In this document: positions 42,337-52,890 of the stretch, one piece after another | Numbering within the stretch: the stretch's first letter is position 1 | Layout: every line of letters starts with the position of its first letter | From: Archangium sp. | GTDB lineage: Bacteria > Myxococcota > Myxococcia > Myxococcales > Myxococcaceae | DNA: 64,000 nucleotides | Reading direction: 5' to 3' | NCBI RefSeq assembly: GCF_031412795.1 | Contig: NZ_JANODR010000017.1 | Coordinates: 1 to 64,000 of the forward strand | Position numbers and translations under genes: made by a program | Notes under the pieces: model-generated | What the model was told of the DNA's origin: nothing | Database searches by the model: none | What the model saw: only the letters and a program-made list of their open reading frames with translations

Positions 42337-43782
42337 ATGGGACAGATGGTGACGAAGCTGACGAGCGCGGTGGTGTTGGCGATGGCCCTGACGTACCTGG
42401 GCGGCTGCGGTGAGGAGCCGGTGGACATCATTCCGGACGCGGGCACCGGCGGCACGGAGGACGCGGGGACGAACAACCCCACCTCCGACGCGGGCACCAG
42501 GCCGGTGGACAGCGACATCGCGCTGGTGCGGCTCAACGCGGACGGCAGCCTGGACACCACCTTCGGCACCAACGGCATCACCCGGGTGGACCTGGGGCCC
42601 GGCGTAGGCAGTGTGCGTGACGCCGTGTGGGGCCTGGAGCGCGACGCGTCCAACCGCCTGGTGGTGTTCGGCTCGAAGAAGGGCGAGGGGGACCGCAACG
42701 ACATGGACCGCGTGGTGGTGCGCGTGAGCGCCAACGGCACGCTGGACGAGACGTTCGGCACCAAGGGCGTGCACACCCTCAACATGAGCGGCCTGACGGA
42801 TCAGCCCAAGCACGGCATCGTGCAGCCGGACGGGAAGATCGTCGCCTCGGGCTACGTGTCCACGCCGACGGGCGTGGGGGCGCAGTCGGCCAACCGGGTG
42901 GTGCTGCTGCGGCTCAACGAGAACGGCACGGCGGACAACACGTTCGGCTCCAAGGGCGTGGTGACCTCGGCGCCCTTCACGTCGGCGGACCCCCAGCGCA
43001 TCGAGTGGGGCATGGCCGAGGCCTACGCCGTGGACCGGCAGTCGACGGGCAAGTACGTCACCACTGGCTACGGCCGCACCGCCGCCTCGGGCGCGGTGGA
43101 CGTGGTGTCCTTCCGCTACACCGCCGACGGCCAGCTCGACACCACCTGGGGCACCACTGGCTCCTTCGTGCTGGACGTGTCGGGCGACAACGACCGCGGC
43201 CGCGACATGAGCGTGCTGGCCGATGACCGCGTGGCCATGGTGGGCAGCGGCATCCCCTCGCCGCAGAACCTCGACGCCATGCTGGTGATGCTCACGTCGG
43301 AGGGCGCGCCCGACACGAGCCTCGGCACCAACGGCTACAAGCTCTATGACTTCGGCCGCCCCGATGAGGCGTTCTTCGGCTCGGCCGTCTCCTCGGATGG
43401 TCAGTGGCTGGCGGCGGCGGGCTACCGCGCCGGTGGCAGCCAGAACGATGACGGCATCCTGCTGCTCAAGCCGGTGGGCAGCGGCGGCGGCACCGAGTTC
43501 GCCCAGGCCGTGCCGCTGTCCGACTCGGCCAACGACCGCTTCTGGAGCGTCGCCTTCGACGCCGCGGGCAAGGTGTACGCCGCGGGCTACATCACCGAGG
43601 GCGGGGACAACCGCATGGCCGTGGCGCGCTTCAACGCGAACGGCACGCGTGACACCACCTTCGGCACCAACGGTGTCGTCACCGTCAACGTCATCGCGCG
43701 CGGCACGGAGGAGATGGCCCGCGGCGTCATCGTGCAGTCCGACGGCAAGGTCGTGCTGGCGGGCCCTGTCGAGTCGCTCTGA
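42337..43782 (+). CDS. Delta-60-repeat-domain lipoprotein
   Basis: Lipobox YLGGC. Repeated LNxDGSLDTTFGTNG / LNENGTADNTFGSKG / FNANGTRDTTFGTNG motifs typical of delta-60 repeats. Confidence 0.75.
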   Translation: MGQMVTKLTSAVVLAMALTYLGGCGEEPVDIIPDAGTGGTEDAGTNNPTSDAGTRPVDSDIALVRLNADGSLDTTFGTNGITRVDLGPGVGSVRDAVWGLERDASNRLVVFGSKKGEGDRNDMDRVVVRVSANGTLDETFGTKGVHTLNMSGLTDQPKHGIVQPDGKIVASGYVSTPTGVGAQSANRVVLLRLNENGTADNTFGSKGVVTSAPFTSADPQRIEWGMAEAYAVDRQSTGKYVTTGYGRTAASGAVDVVSFRYTADGQLDTTWGTTGSFVLDVSGDNDRGRDMSVLADDRVAMVGSGIPSPQNLDAMLVMLTSEGAPDTSLGTNGYKLYDFGRPDEAFFGSAVSSDGQWLAAAGYRAGGSQNDDGILLLKPVGSGGGTEFAQAVPLSDSANDRFWSVAFDAAGKVYAAGYITEGGDNRMAVARFNANGTRDTTFGTNGVVTVNVIARGTEEMARGVIVQSDGKVVLAGPVESL

Positions 43783-43804
43783 TCCCAACCAGTAGACGCA
43801 GCAT

Positions 43805-43863
43805 CCCGGAGCCGGTGAGAGGGGGACCCGTTCACGGTGGGTCTCTGCTCCACCGGCTCCGGC
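43805..43863 (+). terminator. Long perfect stem-loop (CCGGAGCCGGTG ... CACCGGCTCCGG) between the lipoprotein gene and the TonB-dependent receptor
   Basis: 12-bp perfect inverted repeat with an about 33-nt partly self-complementary loop. Terminator or attenuator. Confidence 0.35.
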
Positions 43864-43894
43864 CGTCGTATACCCGGCACGTTTCATCCCAGGA

Positions 43895-46213
43895 GTGAGC
43901 TCTTCCATGTGCGCACGGATGGCAGTCGCGGTCCTCTTCCTCTCGGCCGCACCGGTGGTGGCGGCCCAGCCCGCGCCCCAGGAGGACCCGGCCCCCGGCG
44001 CCGCGGTGGCCAGCCCCCCCGAGCCTCCCGCCCCACCCGAAGCCACCCCGCCCGGGCCCGAGGCCACGCCTCCGCTCGAGGCGCCCGTGCCGGAGACGGC
44101 GGCCGCGCCCGAGCCGCCGCCCGCGCCGAAGTTCGAGAGCGTGGTGGTGGGCACCTCGGAGGCGCGCACGAGCGGCGCGGTGCACGTCCTCACGCCGGAG
44201 AAGCTCCAGCGCTTCGAGCAGGATGATCCCCAGGCCGTGCTGCAGACGGTGCCCGGCGTCTACGCGCGCGGCGAGGACGGCTTCGGGCTGCGGCCGAACG
44301 TGGGCCTGCGCGGGGCCAACCCCGACCGGAGCAAGAAGGTGACGCTGCTGGAGGATGGCGTCCTCTTCGGCCCGGCGCCCTACTCGGCGCCGGCGGCCTA
44401 TTACTTCCCGCTCATCACCCGCATGCAGTCGGTGCGCGTGCTCAAGGGGCCCTCGGCCATCCAGCAGGGTCCTCAGACGGTGGGCGGCTCGGTGGAGCTG
44501 CTCACCCGCGACATCCCCTCCACCGAGACCTTCGGGCTGGACCTGGCTGGCGGCGAGTACTTCTACCGCAAGGGCCACGGCTTCTTCGGCGCGAGCACCG
44601 AGCGCGCCGGCTTCCTGGTGGAGGGCGTCCACCTGGGCAGCAACGGCTTCAAGGAGCTGGATGGCGGAGGCGACACGGGCTTCACCCGCAACGAGTGGAT
44701 GGCCAAGGCCCGCTACTGGCTCGTGCCAGAGGGCCCGGTCCGCCAGAGGCTCCAGCTCAAGCTGGGCTACTCCGACGAGGCCTCCAACGAGACGTACCTG
44801 GGCCTGACGGACGAGGACTTCCGCGCCAACCCGCTGCGCCGCTACGGTGCGAGCCGCCTGGACCGGATGGAGTGGCGCCGCACACAGCTCGTCCTCGGCC
44901 ACGTGCTCGAGTCCGGCAGCCTGGCGGTGACGACGAGCGCCTACCGCCAGGACTTCGACCGGGTGTGGCGCAAGGTGAACCGCTTCCGCGGTACCCCCAT
45001 CGCCGAGGTGCTCGCGGACCCGCGGAGCGCGCGCAACGCCATCTACTACGGCGTCCTGACGGGGCAGCTCGACTCCTCGACGAGCCAGGAGGCGCTGCTG
45101 ATCGGCCCCAATGACCGCACTTTCGTCGCGCAGGGCGTGCAGAGCGTGGCGCGCTGGAGCACCACCACCGGCCCGCTGAGCCACAGCCTGGAAGCCGGGG
45201 CGCGCTATCACTACGACAGCATCCACCGGCGCCACACCGAGGACGCCTTCCGGATGGTGGGCGGAGCGCTCGTGCCCGAGGGCACGCCCACGGCCACCAC
45301 CGCCAACAACAAGGACTCCACGCACGCCGTCTCGCTGCACGTGACGGACGCCATCGCCTGGGGCCCGCTGGTGGTGACGCCGGGAGTCCGGCTCGAGGTC
45401 ATCCGCTCGCACTCGGTGGACCGGCTGGCCAGCACGGATCAGCGCGGTGCGCTCGAGGTGCTCCTGCCGGGCGTGGGCGTGCATGGCGCGCTCACCCGCT
45501 CGCTGGGCCTCTTCGGCGGGGTGTACCAGGGCTTCTCGCCGCCCGCGCCGGGTCAGCCCTCGGCGGTGCTCCCGGAGAAGAGCGTCAACTACGAGGCCGG
45601 TGCCCGCTGGATGCGCCGGGGCGAGCGCCTCGAGGTGGTGGGCTTCTTCAACGACTACGCCAACCTCACGGACATCTGCACCTTCTCCAACGGCTGTCTG
45701 GACGACAACCTCGACCGGCAGGTGGACGCGGGCGAAGCCCACATCCATGGCGTGGAGGCCTTCGCGGAGAAGACCTTCCGTCCCGGCGGCGGCGTGACGT
45801 TCCCCGTCACCGTGGCCTACACCTTCACCCAGACGCGGCTGCTGGAAGCCTTCCGCTCGGCGGACCCGCAGTTCGGCCAGGTGGAGGCCGGGGACGAGCT
45901 GCCCTACGTGCCCCGCCATCAGGTCTTCGCCTCGGCGGGCGTGGAGACCGCCTTTGGTGGCCTTTACGTGAACACCACCTTCATCGACACCATGCGCGAG
46001 GAGGCCGGTCAGGGCGAGGTGCCCGAGGGCCTGAAGACGGACCCCCTGCTGACGTTCGACGTGAACGCCAACTGGAGCGTCACGCGCTGGGGCCAGCTCT
46101 ACCTGAGCGCACGCAACGTGCTGGATGCCGACACCATCGTCTCGCGTCGGCCCTATGGGGCCCGGCCCAACGCTCCGCGCACCGTCATTCTCGGCTTCAA
46201 GCTCTCGCTCTGA
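43895..46213 (+). CDS. TonB-dependent outer-membrane receptor
   Basis: Signal peptide. Pro/Ala-rich linker. Plug domain (VVVGTS...LQTVPGVYA, RGANPDRSKKVTLLEDGVLFGP). 22-strand-barrel-length C-terminal region. Confidence 0.9.
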   Translation: MSSSMCARMAVAVLFLSAAPVVAAQPAPQEDPAPGAAVASPPEPPAPPEATPPGPEATPPLEAPVPETAAAPEPPPAPKFESVVVGTSEARTSGAVHVLTPEKLQRFEQDDPQAVLQTVPGVYARGEDGFGLRPNVGLRGANPDRSKKVTLLEDGVLFGPAPYSAPAAYYFPLITRMQSVRVLKGPSAIQQGPQTVGGSVELLTRDIPSTETFGLDLAGGEYFYRKGHGFFGASTERAGFLVEGVHLGSNGFKELDGGGDTGFTRNEWMAKARYWLVPEGPVRQRLQLKLGYSDEASNETYLGLTDEDFRANPLRRYGASRLDRMEWRRTQLVLGHVLESGSLAVTTSAYRQDFDRVWRKVNRFRGTPIAEVLADPRSARNAIYYGVLTGQLDSSTSQEALLIGPNDRTFVAQGVQSVARWSTTTGPLSHSLEAGARYHYDSIHRRHTEDAFRMVGGALVPEGTPTATTANNKDSTHAVSLHVTDAIAWGPLVVTPGVRLEVIRSHSVDRLASTDQRGALEVLLPGVGVHGALTRSLGLFGGVYQGFSPPAPGQPSAVLPEKSVNYEAGARWMRRGERLEVVGFFNDYANLTDICTFSNGCLDDNLDRQVDAGEAHIHGVEAFAEKTFRPGGGVTFPVTVAYTFTQTRLLEAFRSADPQFGQVEAGDELPYVPRHQVFASAGVETAFGGLYVNTTFIDTMREEAGQGEVPEGLKTDPLLTFDVNANWSVTRWGQLYLSARNVLDADTIVSRRPYGARPNAPRTVILGFKLSL

Positions 46214-46231
46214 GAGCAGACCAGGCGCTCG

Positions 46232-46552
46232 ATGCGGCTGTTCTCCTGGAGAGACTTCCTCGGGCTGGGTTGTGGCCTCGCCCTCGTCCTCTTCTGGGGG
46301 CTCGTGGCGCTCCGCGTCGCCACCGATTCCGGCAACCACATCGCGGTGAGCGTGCTGTGGGTCATTCCCCTGGCGTTGGTGGCGATGCTCGCGGGAGCGC
46401 TGTGGTGGGGCGCTCGGCTTCGGCGCGCGGGCATGGCGCTGCTGGTGCTGGGCCTGCTCACGGTGGTGGGCGTCGTGTTGCTCGACCGGCTCAACGTGCT
46501 GGTCGAGTACGAGGCTTGGTTGGACCGCGGTATGCCCGAGCGCCCTTTTTAG
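46232..46552 (+). CDS. Small membrane protein (hypothetical)
   Basis: Three hydrophobic helices; ORF-level only. Confidence 0.4.
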   Translation: MRLFSWRDFLGLGCGLALVLFWGLVALRVATDSGNHIAVSVLWVIPLALVAMLAGALWWGARLRRAGMALLVLGLLTVVGVVLLDRLNVLVEYEAWLDRGMPERPF

Positions 46553-46557
46553 AGGGG

Positions 46558-49413
46558 CTAAGACAGCCAGAAGTAGGCGGAGGCGATCAGCGTGCGCTTG
46601 TCCGTCACCTTCGACTTGTTCGCCAGGTCCGCCACCTGCCGGTCCTTCGCCGCGTAGCGCTTCTCCTCCTCGTTGCGCAGCGAGGCCAGCTTCTTGCGGT
46701 ACTCGCGCTCCAGGCGCTCCGCGTGCCCTCGGGCCTTCACTCGCTCCGCCGGGTCTTCCTGCGCGCACACCACCTTGCGCGCCTCCTGCCACGCCTCGCG
46801 CGCCTTCTCCACCTGCTCGCGCGACTCCAGCAGGCAGTCCTCCGCGTACCGGTCCGCCCGCTCCCGCGCCATGTCCAGCTCCAGCGCGTTGCGCCGCTCC
46901 GCCGCCCGGCTGATCTCCTCCTTGGCCGCCATCAGCGCCTGCTCCTGCATCAGCTGCACCGACACCGGGGCCGGCTGACGGCGCCGCTCCTCCTTCGCCA
47001 CCAGCTTCACGAAGTGCTCGCTGTCCGCCAGCGGCAGCACCCGGAATCCCTTGCCGTCTCGCTCCAGCACCAGCACCAGGTGCACCATCTTCTCTTCGGC
47101 CTTCAGGCCCGTCGTCTCGAACTTGTAGACGAACCACCAGCCCTCGCTGCCCGCCAGTCGCGCCAGCCTCGCCGGCAGCCCCGCCGCGTTGAGCTGCAGG
47201 TAGTTCACCGCGTCGTGCGTGCGGTCCTTCACCGCGTACGCCGCCTTGGCCACCTGGATGCGGCCCGAGGCGCTGCTGTTGCCCAGCACCGAGCCCGTCA
47301 GCGCCTTCGCGCCCTGCTGGCGCTTCTCCAGCGCCTCCTTCGTCATCGCGCTGGCCATGCGCAGCCGCCGCCGCACGTCCCCGTCGAAGCGCTCCATGAG
47401 CGTCGAGCGCGCTTCCGTCATCCGCGCGCTGATGCGCCCCTCCATGTCCGAGCGCAGCTTGTCGAAGGCCTTGTTGATGTCGTCCGGGTGTCGGCAGGAC
47501 TGGTAGATGTCCAGCACCCGCCGCTCGAAGTCCACGCCGCTCTCCAGCGCCCCGAGAATCTCGTCCGACGCGCCGAACACGCCGTCGAAGAGGTTCAGCT
47601 TCTTCTCCAGCAGCTCGTACAGCCGCGCGTCCGCGGCGTTCTGCCGGTTGAGGAAGTTGATGACGAGCACGTCCCGCTGCTGGCCGTAGCGGTGGCACCG
47701 GCCGATGCGCTGCTCCACCCGCTGCGGGTTCCATGGCAAGTCGTAGTTCACCACCAGGTTGCAGAACTGGAGGTTGAGTCCCTCGGCGCCCGCCTCGGTG
47801 CAGATGAGGATCTGCGTCTTGTCGCGGAACTCGTTCACCAGCGCGCGGCGCTCCTCCGGTCCTCCTCCCGAGTCTCCCGACAGCAGGGAGATCTTCCCCG
47901 CGTAGCCATTGGCCGCCAGCAGGTTGAAGAGGTACTGCTGCGTGCGCTTGGACTCGGTGAAGATGAGCGCCTTCTCCGGCCAGCCCTGGCCCTTCATCAC
48001 CTTGAAGGTGCGATCCAACGCGCGCGTGAGGGCCTCGCCCTTGGCGTTCACCTTGATGGAGTCGGCCAGGTCCGCGTACTGCTTCAGCTCCCACATCTCG
48101 TTCTCGAGCGTGCGGATGCTGACGGGCTTGGCCGGATCATCGGCCCACTCCTCGCCCTCCTCGACGAACTGCCTGGCCTCCTCGGGCTCGAACATCTCCA
48201 AGGCCCGCTGGCCCAGGCGCGCCGCCTCCAGCCGCTTGGTGAGGTTGTCCGAGAGCCGCCGCAGCGTGGGCGCGATGGCGTACGTGGAGGAGGCCAGCAG
48301 CTTGCGGTAGCAGAGCGTGAGCAGCGTCTTCTTGCCCGGCTCGATCGCCGCCACCTCGGAGCGCTGCAGGTACTCACTGACCTTCTCGTAGAGGTCCTGC
48401 TCCTCGGGCGAGGGCGCGAAGTCCTCCACGATGGAGCGGCGGTTGGTGTAGCGCACGTACTCGCGCACCTGCCGGCGCAGCGTGCGCTGGACCACCGGGG
48501 CCAGCCGCTCCTTGAGCTCGTTGCTGGCGTCCGTCTGCAGCCCGCCCGTCTCCGCCTCCAGCCGGTAGCGGCTGCGGAAGGCGTGCTCGGGGCCCAGAAT
48601 CTGCTCGTCCAGCAGCGTCACCAGCCCGAACAGCTCCATCAAGTCATTCTGGAGCGGCGTGGCGGTGAGCAGCAGCTTGGGACGGCCGGTGAGCGCCGAG
48701 CGGAGCGCCTGGCCCGTCTTGTGGCTCGCACGGTAGGCGTTCCGCAGGCGGTGGGCCTCGTCGATGATGACGACATCCCAGGGGATTTCCGCCACCAGCT
48801 GCGCCTTGTTGGCGGCGAACGGGTGCGAGCAGATGACGGGGAAGGGCTGATCGAAGCAGTTGCCCGTGGCGCGCACCGTGCGCCCGTCCACCATCACCGA
48901 CTCCAGGTCGAACTTCTCACGCAGCTCGCTGTTCCACTGCGCGCGCAGCACGGCCGGGGCGAGGATGAGGATGCGCGTCTTGCCCTCGGCCACGAGCTGG
49001 GCGATGACCATGCCCGCTTCAATCGTCTTCCCCAGGCCCACCTCGTCCGCGAGCATGCAGCCGCCGCGCGACAGCGAGTCCATGGCGAAGCACGCCGCCT
49101 CGAGCTGGTGGGGGTTGAGATCCACCTTGGCCTCGGCGAGCGCTCCCGCGAGCCGCTCCCGCGAGTCCGAGCTCTTGATGGTGAGCTCCTCGGCCAACAA
49201 CCGCTCGTGAAAGGCGGTGAGCGGCTGACCCTGCTGCCCGGCATTCGTCCGGTCCTCGGACCCCGACGCCACCGCCGCCGCCGCCGCATCCGCCGCCACC
49301 CGCAGCTCCCTGAACTCCCTCGCGACCTCCGGCAAGACCCTGTCTCCGTCCGTGAATCCAACGTGCTCACACAGGCGTGTAGCACGGAAGAGGCGCCATT
49401 TTGTTGACGGCAA
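46558..49413 (-). CDS. SNF2-family helicase with long C-terminal coiled-coil domain
   Basis: LNPHQ, DEVGLGKT (Walker A), DEAH box (VIIDEAHRLRN), LLLTATPLQN, helicase-C motifs (LIFTES...QRIGRCHRYGQ). Confidence 0.85.
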   Translation of the reverse strand: MPSTKWRLFRATRLCEHVGFTDGDRVLPEVAREFRELRVAADAAAAAVASGSEDRTNAGQQGQPLTAFHERLLAEELTIKSSDSRERLAGALAEAKVDLNPHQLEAACFAMDSLSRGGCMLADEVGLGKTIEAGMVIAQLVAEGKTRILILAPAVLRAQWNSELREKFDLESVMVDGRTVRATGNCFDQPFPVICSHPFAANKAQLVAEIPWDVVIIDEAHRLRNAYRASHKTGQALRSALTGRPKLLLTATPLQNDLMELFGLVTLLDEQILGPEHAFRSRYRLEAETGGLQTDASNELKERLAPVVQRTLRRQVREYVRYTNRRSIVEDFAPSPEEQDLYEKVSEYLQRSEVAAIEPGKKTLLTLCYRKLLASSTYAIAPTLRRLSDNLTKRLEAARLGQRALEMFEPEEARQFVEEGEEWADDPAKPVSIRTLENEMWELKQYADLADSIKVNAKGEALTRALDRTFKVMKGQGWPEKALIFTESKRTQQYLFNLLAANGYAGKISLLSGDSGGGPEERRALVNEFRDKTQILICTEAGAEGLNLQFCNLVVNYDLPWNPQRVEQRIGRCHRYGQQRDVLVINFLNRQNAADARLYELLEKKLNLFDGVFGASDEILGALESGVDFERRVLDIYQSCRHPDDINKAFDKLRSDMEGRISARMTEARSTLMERFDGDVRRRLRMASAMTKEALEKRQQGAKALTGSVLGNSSASGRIQVAKAAYAVKDRTHDAVNYLQLNAAGLPARLARLAGSEGWWFVYKFETTGLKAEEKMVHLVLVLERDGKGFRVLPLADSEHFVKLVAKEERRRQPAPVSVQLMQEQALMAAKEEISRAAERRNALELDMARERADRYAEDCLLESREQVEKAREAWQEARKVVCAQEDPAERVKARGHAERLEREYRKKLASLRNEEEKRYAAKDRQVADLANKSKVTDKRTLIASAYFWLS

Positions 49414-49545
49414 CGGACGTGTAAAGGGGGTCTTCGCGGAGGCCGAAAAATCGGCCTCGGAGCGATTGGCACGCTTTTTCTTCGGGAGCGTCGTCGCGAA
49501 AGCGTGTGTGTGCGGGGAAGAGCGTGGGGGACTTGACGGATACGA

Positions 49546-50867
49546 TTACAGCAGTCCACGCGCCTTCACGTGCAGATAGGTGTTGACGGCGGCGGCGCCG
49601 AACCGCTTTGCCGAAGCCCGCACCACGAGTGCTCCCGCGTCCCGGAGTGTGATGGCGGTGCGCTGGTAGTCCTCCTCGAGGCGCGAGGCGGCCTGGCGCG
49701 AGTAGGCGTCCTGCACGGTGTCGGGCACGTCGAGGGCGGCGGCCCGGAGATCCTCGTCCAGCAGCGAGGCCACCACGGGCAGGTGTCGGGGGCGCAGCGC
49801 CAGCGTGCGGGCCAGCAGCGTGCCCGAGGCATCCGGGTCCACCAGGTCCGTGAAGAGCACCACCAGCGAGCGCCGCGAGGAGCGGGCGAAGGCGAAGTCG
49901 TAGGCGCGACCGTAGTCGCTCTCCTCGAGCACGGCCTCGGCGCGGTAGAGGGACTCGGTGAGCAGACGCAGGTGCTCGTGGCCCTTGCGCGGCGGGAGGT
50001 AGGTGCGCACGTCGCTGGCGAAGGTGAGCACGCCCACCATGTCGCCCGCGTCCAGGCTCACCTTGGCCAGCCTCAGTGCCGCGTCCACCGCGTGGTCCAG
50101 CTTGCGGCGGCCGTCCACCCGGCCCGCCATGTGGCGCCCGCAGTCGAGCAGCAGCAGCACGGGCTGGTTCCGCTCGGGCTGGTACACGCGCACCATGGTG
50201 CGGCCCCGGCGCGCCGACGCCTTCCAGTCCACGGTGCGGTAGTCGTCGCCGGTGCGGTACTCGCGCAGGGACTCGAACTCGCGGCCCTCGGCGGAGCGGC
50301 GCAGGGTGCGCTCGGCGGGCACGTCCGAGGCCACCGCGAGCGCCAGGGCCTCCTTCGTGAGCGCGGTGAGGTCCGGGTACACCTTCACGTCCTGGCCCGC
50401 CGGCACCTGTACCTGACGCGCGCACAGGCCCAGAGGGCCCAGCAGGCGCAGGTGCACGTCCCCGAGGCGCAGGTCTCCCCGAGCGGGCGGCGTGAGGGTG
50501 TAGGAGATGGTGGCGCGGGAGGCCCGGGGCGTGAGGGCGAAGGGCTGCTCGTGCCCGCGCACCTCCTGGTCCGGGGGCACCTCGTCACGCACGCGCCCGC
50601 GCACGGGCCGCTGGCCGGACAGGTGAAGCTCCAGCCGCACCGGGTTGGCCACGCCCGAGGAGAGCACGGGCTCCACCACCCGGCGCACCTCCAGGTCCGA
50701 GGCGCGAGGGGCGGAGAAGAAGTCCAGCGCGCACAGCAGCACCACCGCCGCGTCCAGGGCGACGGCGAGCCACACGAAGGCGGGGCTGGCGACGGCGAGC
50801 GCGGCGGGCACGAGGGCCGCGGCGACGAGCGCCACGGCGAGCCCGGTGGGGACTGGCCGGCCGAGGC

Positions 50868-50873
<6 letters not shown>
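49546..50873 (-). CDS. DUF58 (vWA-like) protein, MoxR partner
   Basis: Two N-terminal TM helices, then [20 protein letters not shown] and [10 protein letters not shown] blocks typical of DUF58. GTG start overlapping the MoxR stop. Confidence 0.8.
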
Positions 50874-51838
<965 letters not shown>

Positions 51839-51842
<4 letters not shown>

Positions 51843-52834
51843 GACGCGGGCTTCTCCTTGAGTCCCATCAGCGTGCCCCCGAGGCAGGCCAGCGAACCCA
51901 CGATCCCCATGTACGCGCCCATGCTGGGCGAGGAGTTCATCACGGTCGCGTTGCCCATGAGCGAGGGCACCGCGGAGGCATCGGTCGAGATCTTCATGAA
52001 CACGATGCACCAGACGACGCAGAAGATGGACAGGGCGAGCTGACCCAGCCAGGGGATGAGCACGTTGACGTTGGGCAGCATCCGGCGCACGCGCAGGGTG
52101 ATGGTGCCCAGGATGGCGAGGGCGGCCACGATGCAGACGAGCCCCAGGCTCATCAGTCCGAGGATGTCTCCCTCGGCGGCCGTCTCCTTCCACGGGAAGA
52201 AGCTGGAGAGGATGATGATCCCCACGCCACCGAGGGCCACCTTGTCGGAGAAGCCCATGAGGCTGACGAACTGGCGGAACTCCTCGAACACGTCCTCGGG
52301 CGCGGCGAACAGCCCGCCCTCGTTGCCACTGCTGGTGCCACGGGACGGCTGGTAGCTCACGTCGGCCGGGTCGAGCTCGGTCTCCCGCGCACGCCGGGGC
52401 GGGGGGGCCGCCGGCCGGGGCGCAGTGCCACCGGCGCGCGGCGCGACGGGGCGGGCGTTGGGGTTGGACTTGCCAGCCGCGGGACCCGCGGGACGAGGAG
52501 GCGCGTTGCGCATGATCTCGTCCATGCTCTTGATGTTGGTGGCGTCCTCGTTGGCGGCCGGCGGCGCGACGGGGCGTGCGCGCGCATTGGTGCTCGGGCG
52601 GCCGGAGGAGGAACGGGCCCCGGGGGCACGAGCCGGGCGAGACGGGGGCGCCTGCTCATCGTCATCCTGGGGGGCGTCCGTCGAGATGAACGAGGCGTCG
52701 ATGATGTAGTCGCAAGACGGGCAGATGGTCGTGCCATCCGCGACCTTTTTGCCACAGCCAGGGCAGTTCAGGACGGTGCTCCTTGAGGCGGGAAAGCGCC
52801 GCGCATCTTCCGGCGACCGAGTGGCCCAAGTCAA
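51839..52834 (-). CDS. Zinc-ribbon / Pro-rich linker / C-terminal polytopic membrane domain protein
   Basis: CPGCGKK...CPSCDY zinc ribbon. About 120-aa Pro/Ala-rich linker. 4-5 TM helices. Stop overlaps the MoxR start (ATGA). Confidence 0.55.
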
Positions 52835-52890
52835 ACGGGTTACGGGCTAACCCCTGGATTTTCGCGGGGAATTGGCCTAGGCGGCGGTCC

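Noticed and set aside
43832-48094. 1420-aa minus-strand ORF spanning the TonB-receptor and helicase region
   Set aside because: It runs antisense across the well-supported TonB-dependent receptor gene and merges into the true SNF2 helicase frame only artefactually. The translation upstream of 46558 is low-complexity Arg/Gly/Ala.
46558-49413. Possibility that the SNF2 helicase is ZorD of a Zorya anti-phage system, given the MotA/ExbB-ExbD pair in the window
   Set aside because: The ExbB/ExbD genes are 13 kb away and separated by many unrelated genes. No ZorC-like gene is present, and no nuclease domain is fused to the helicase.
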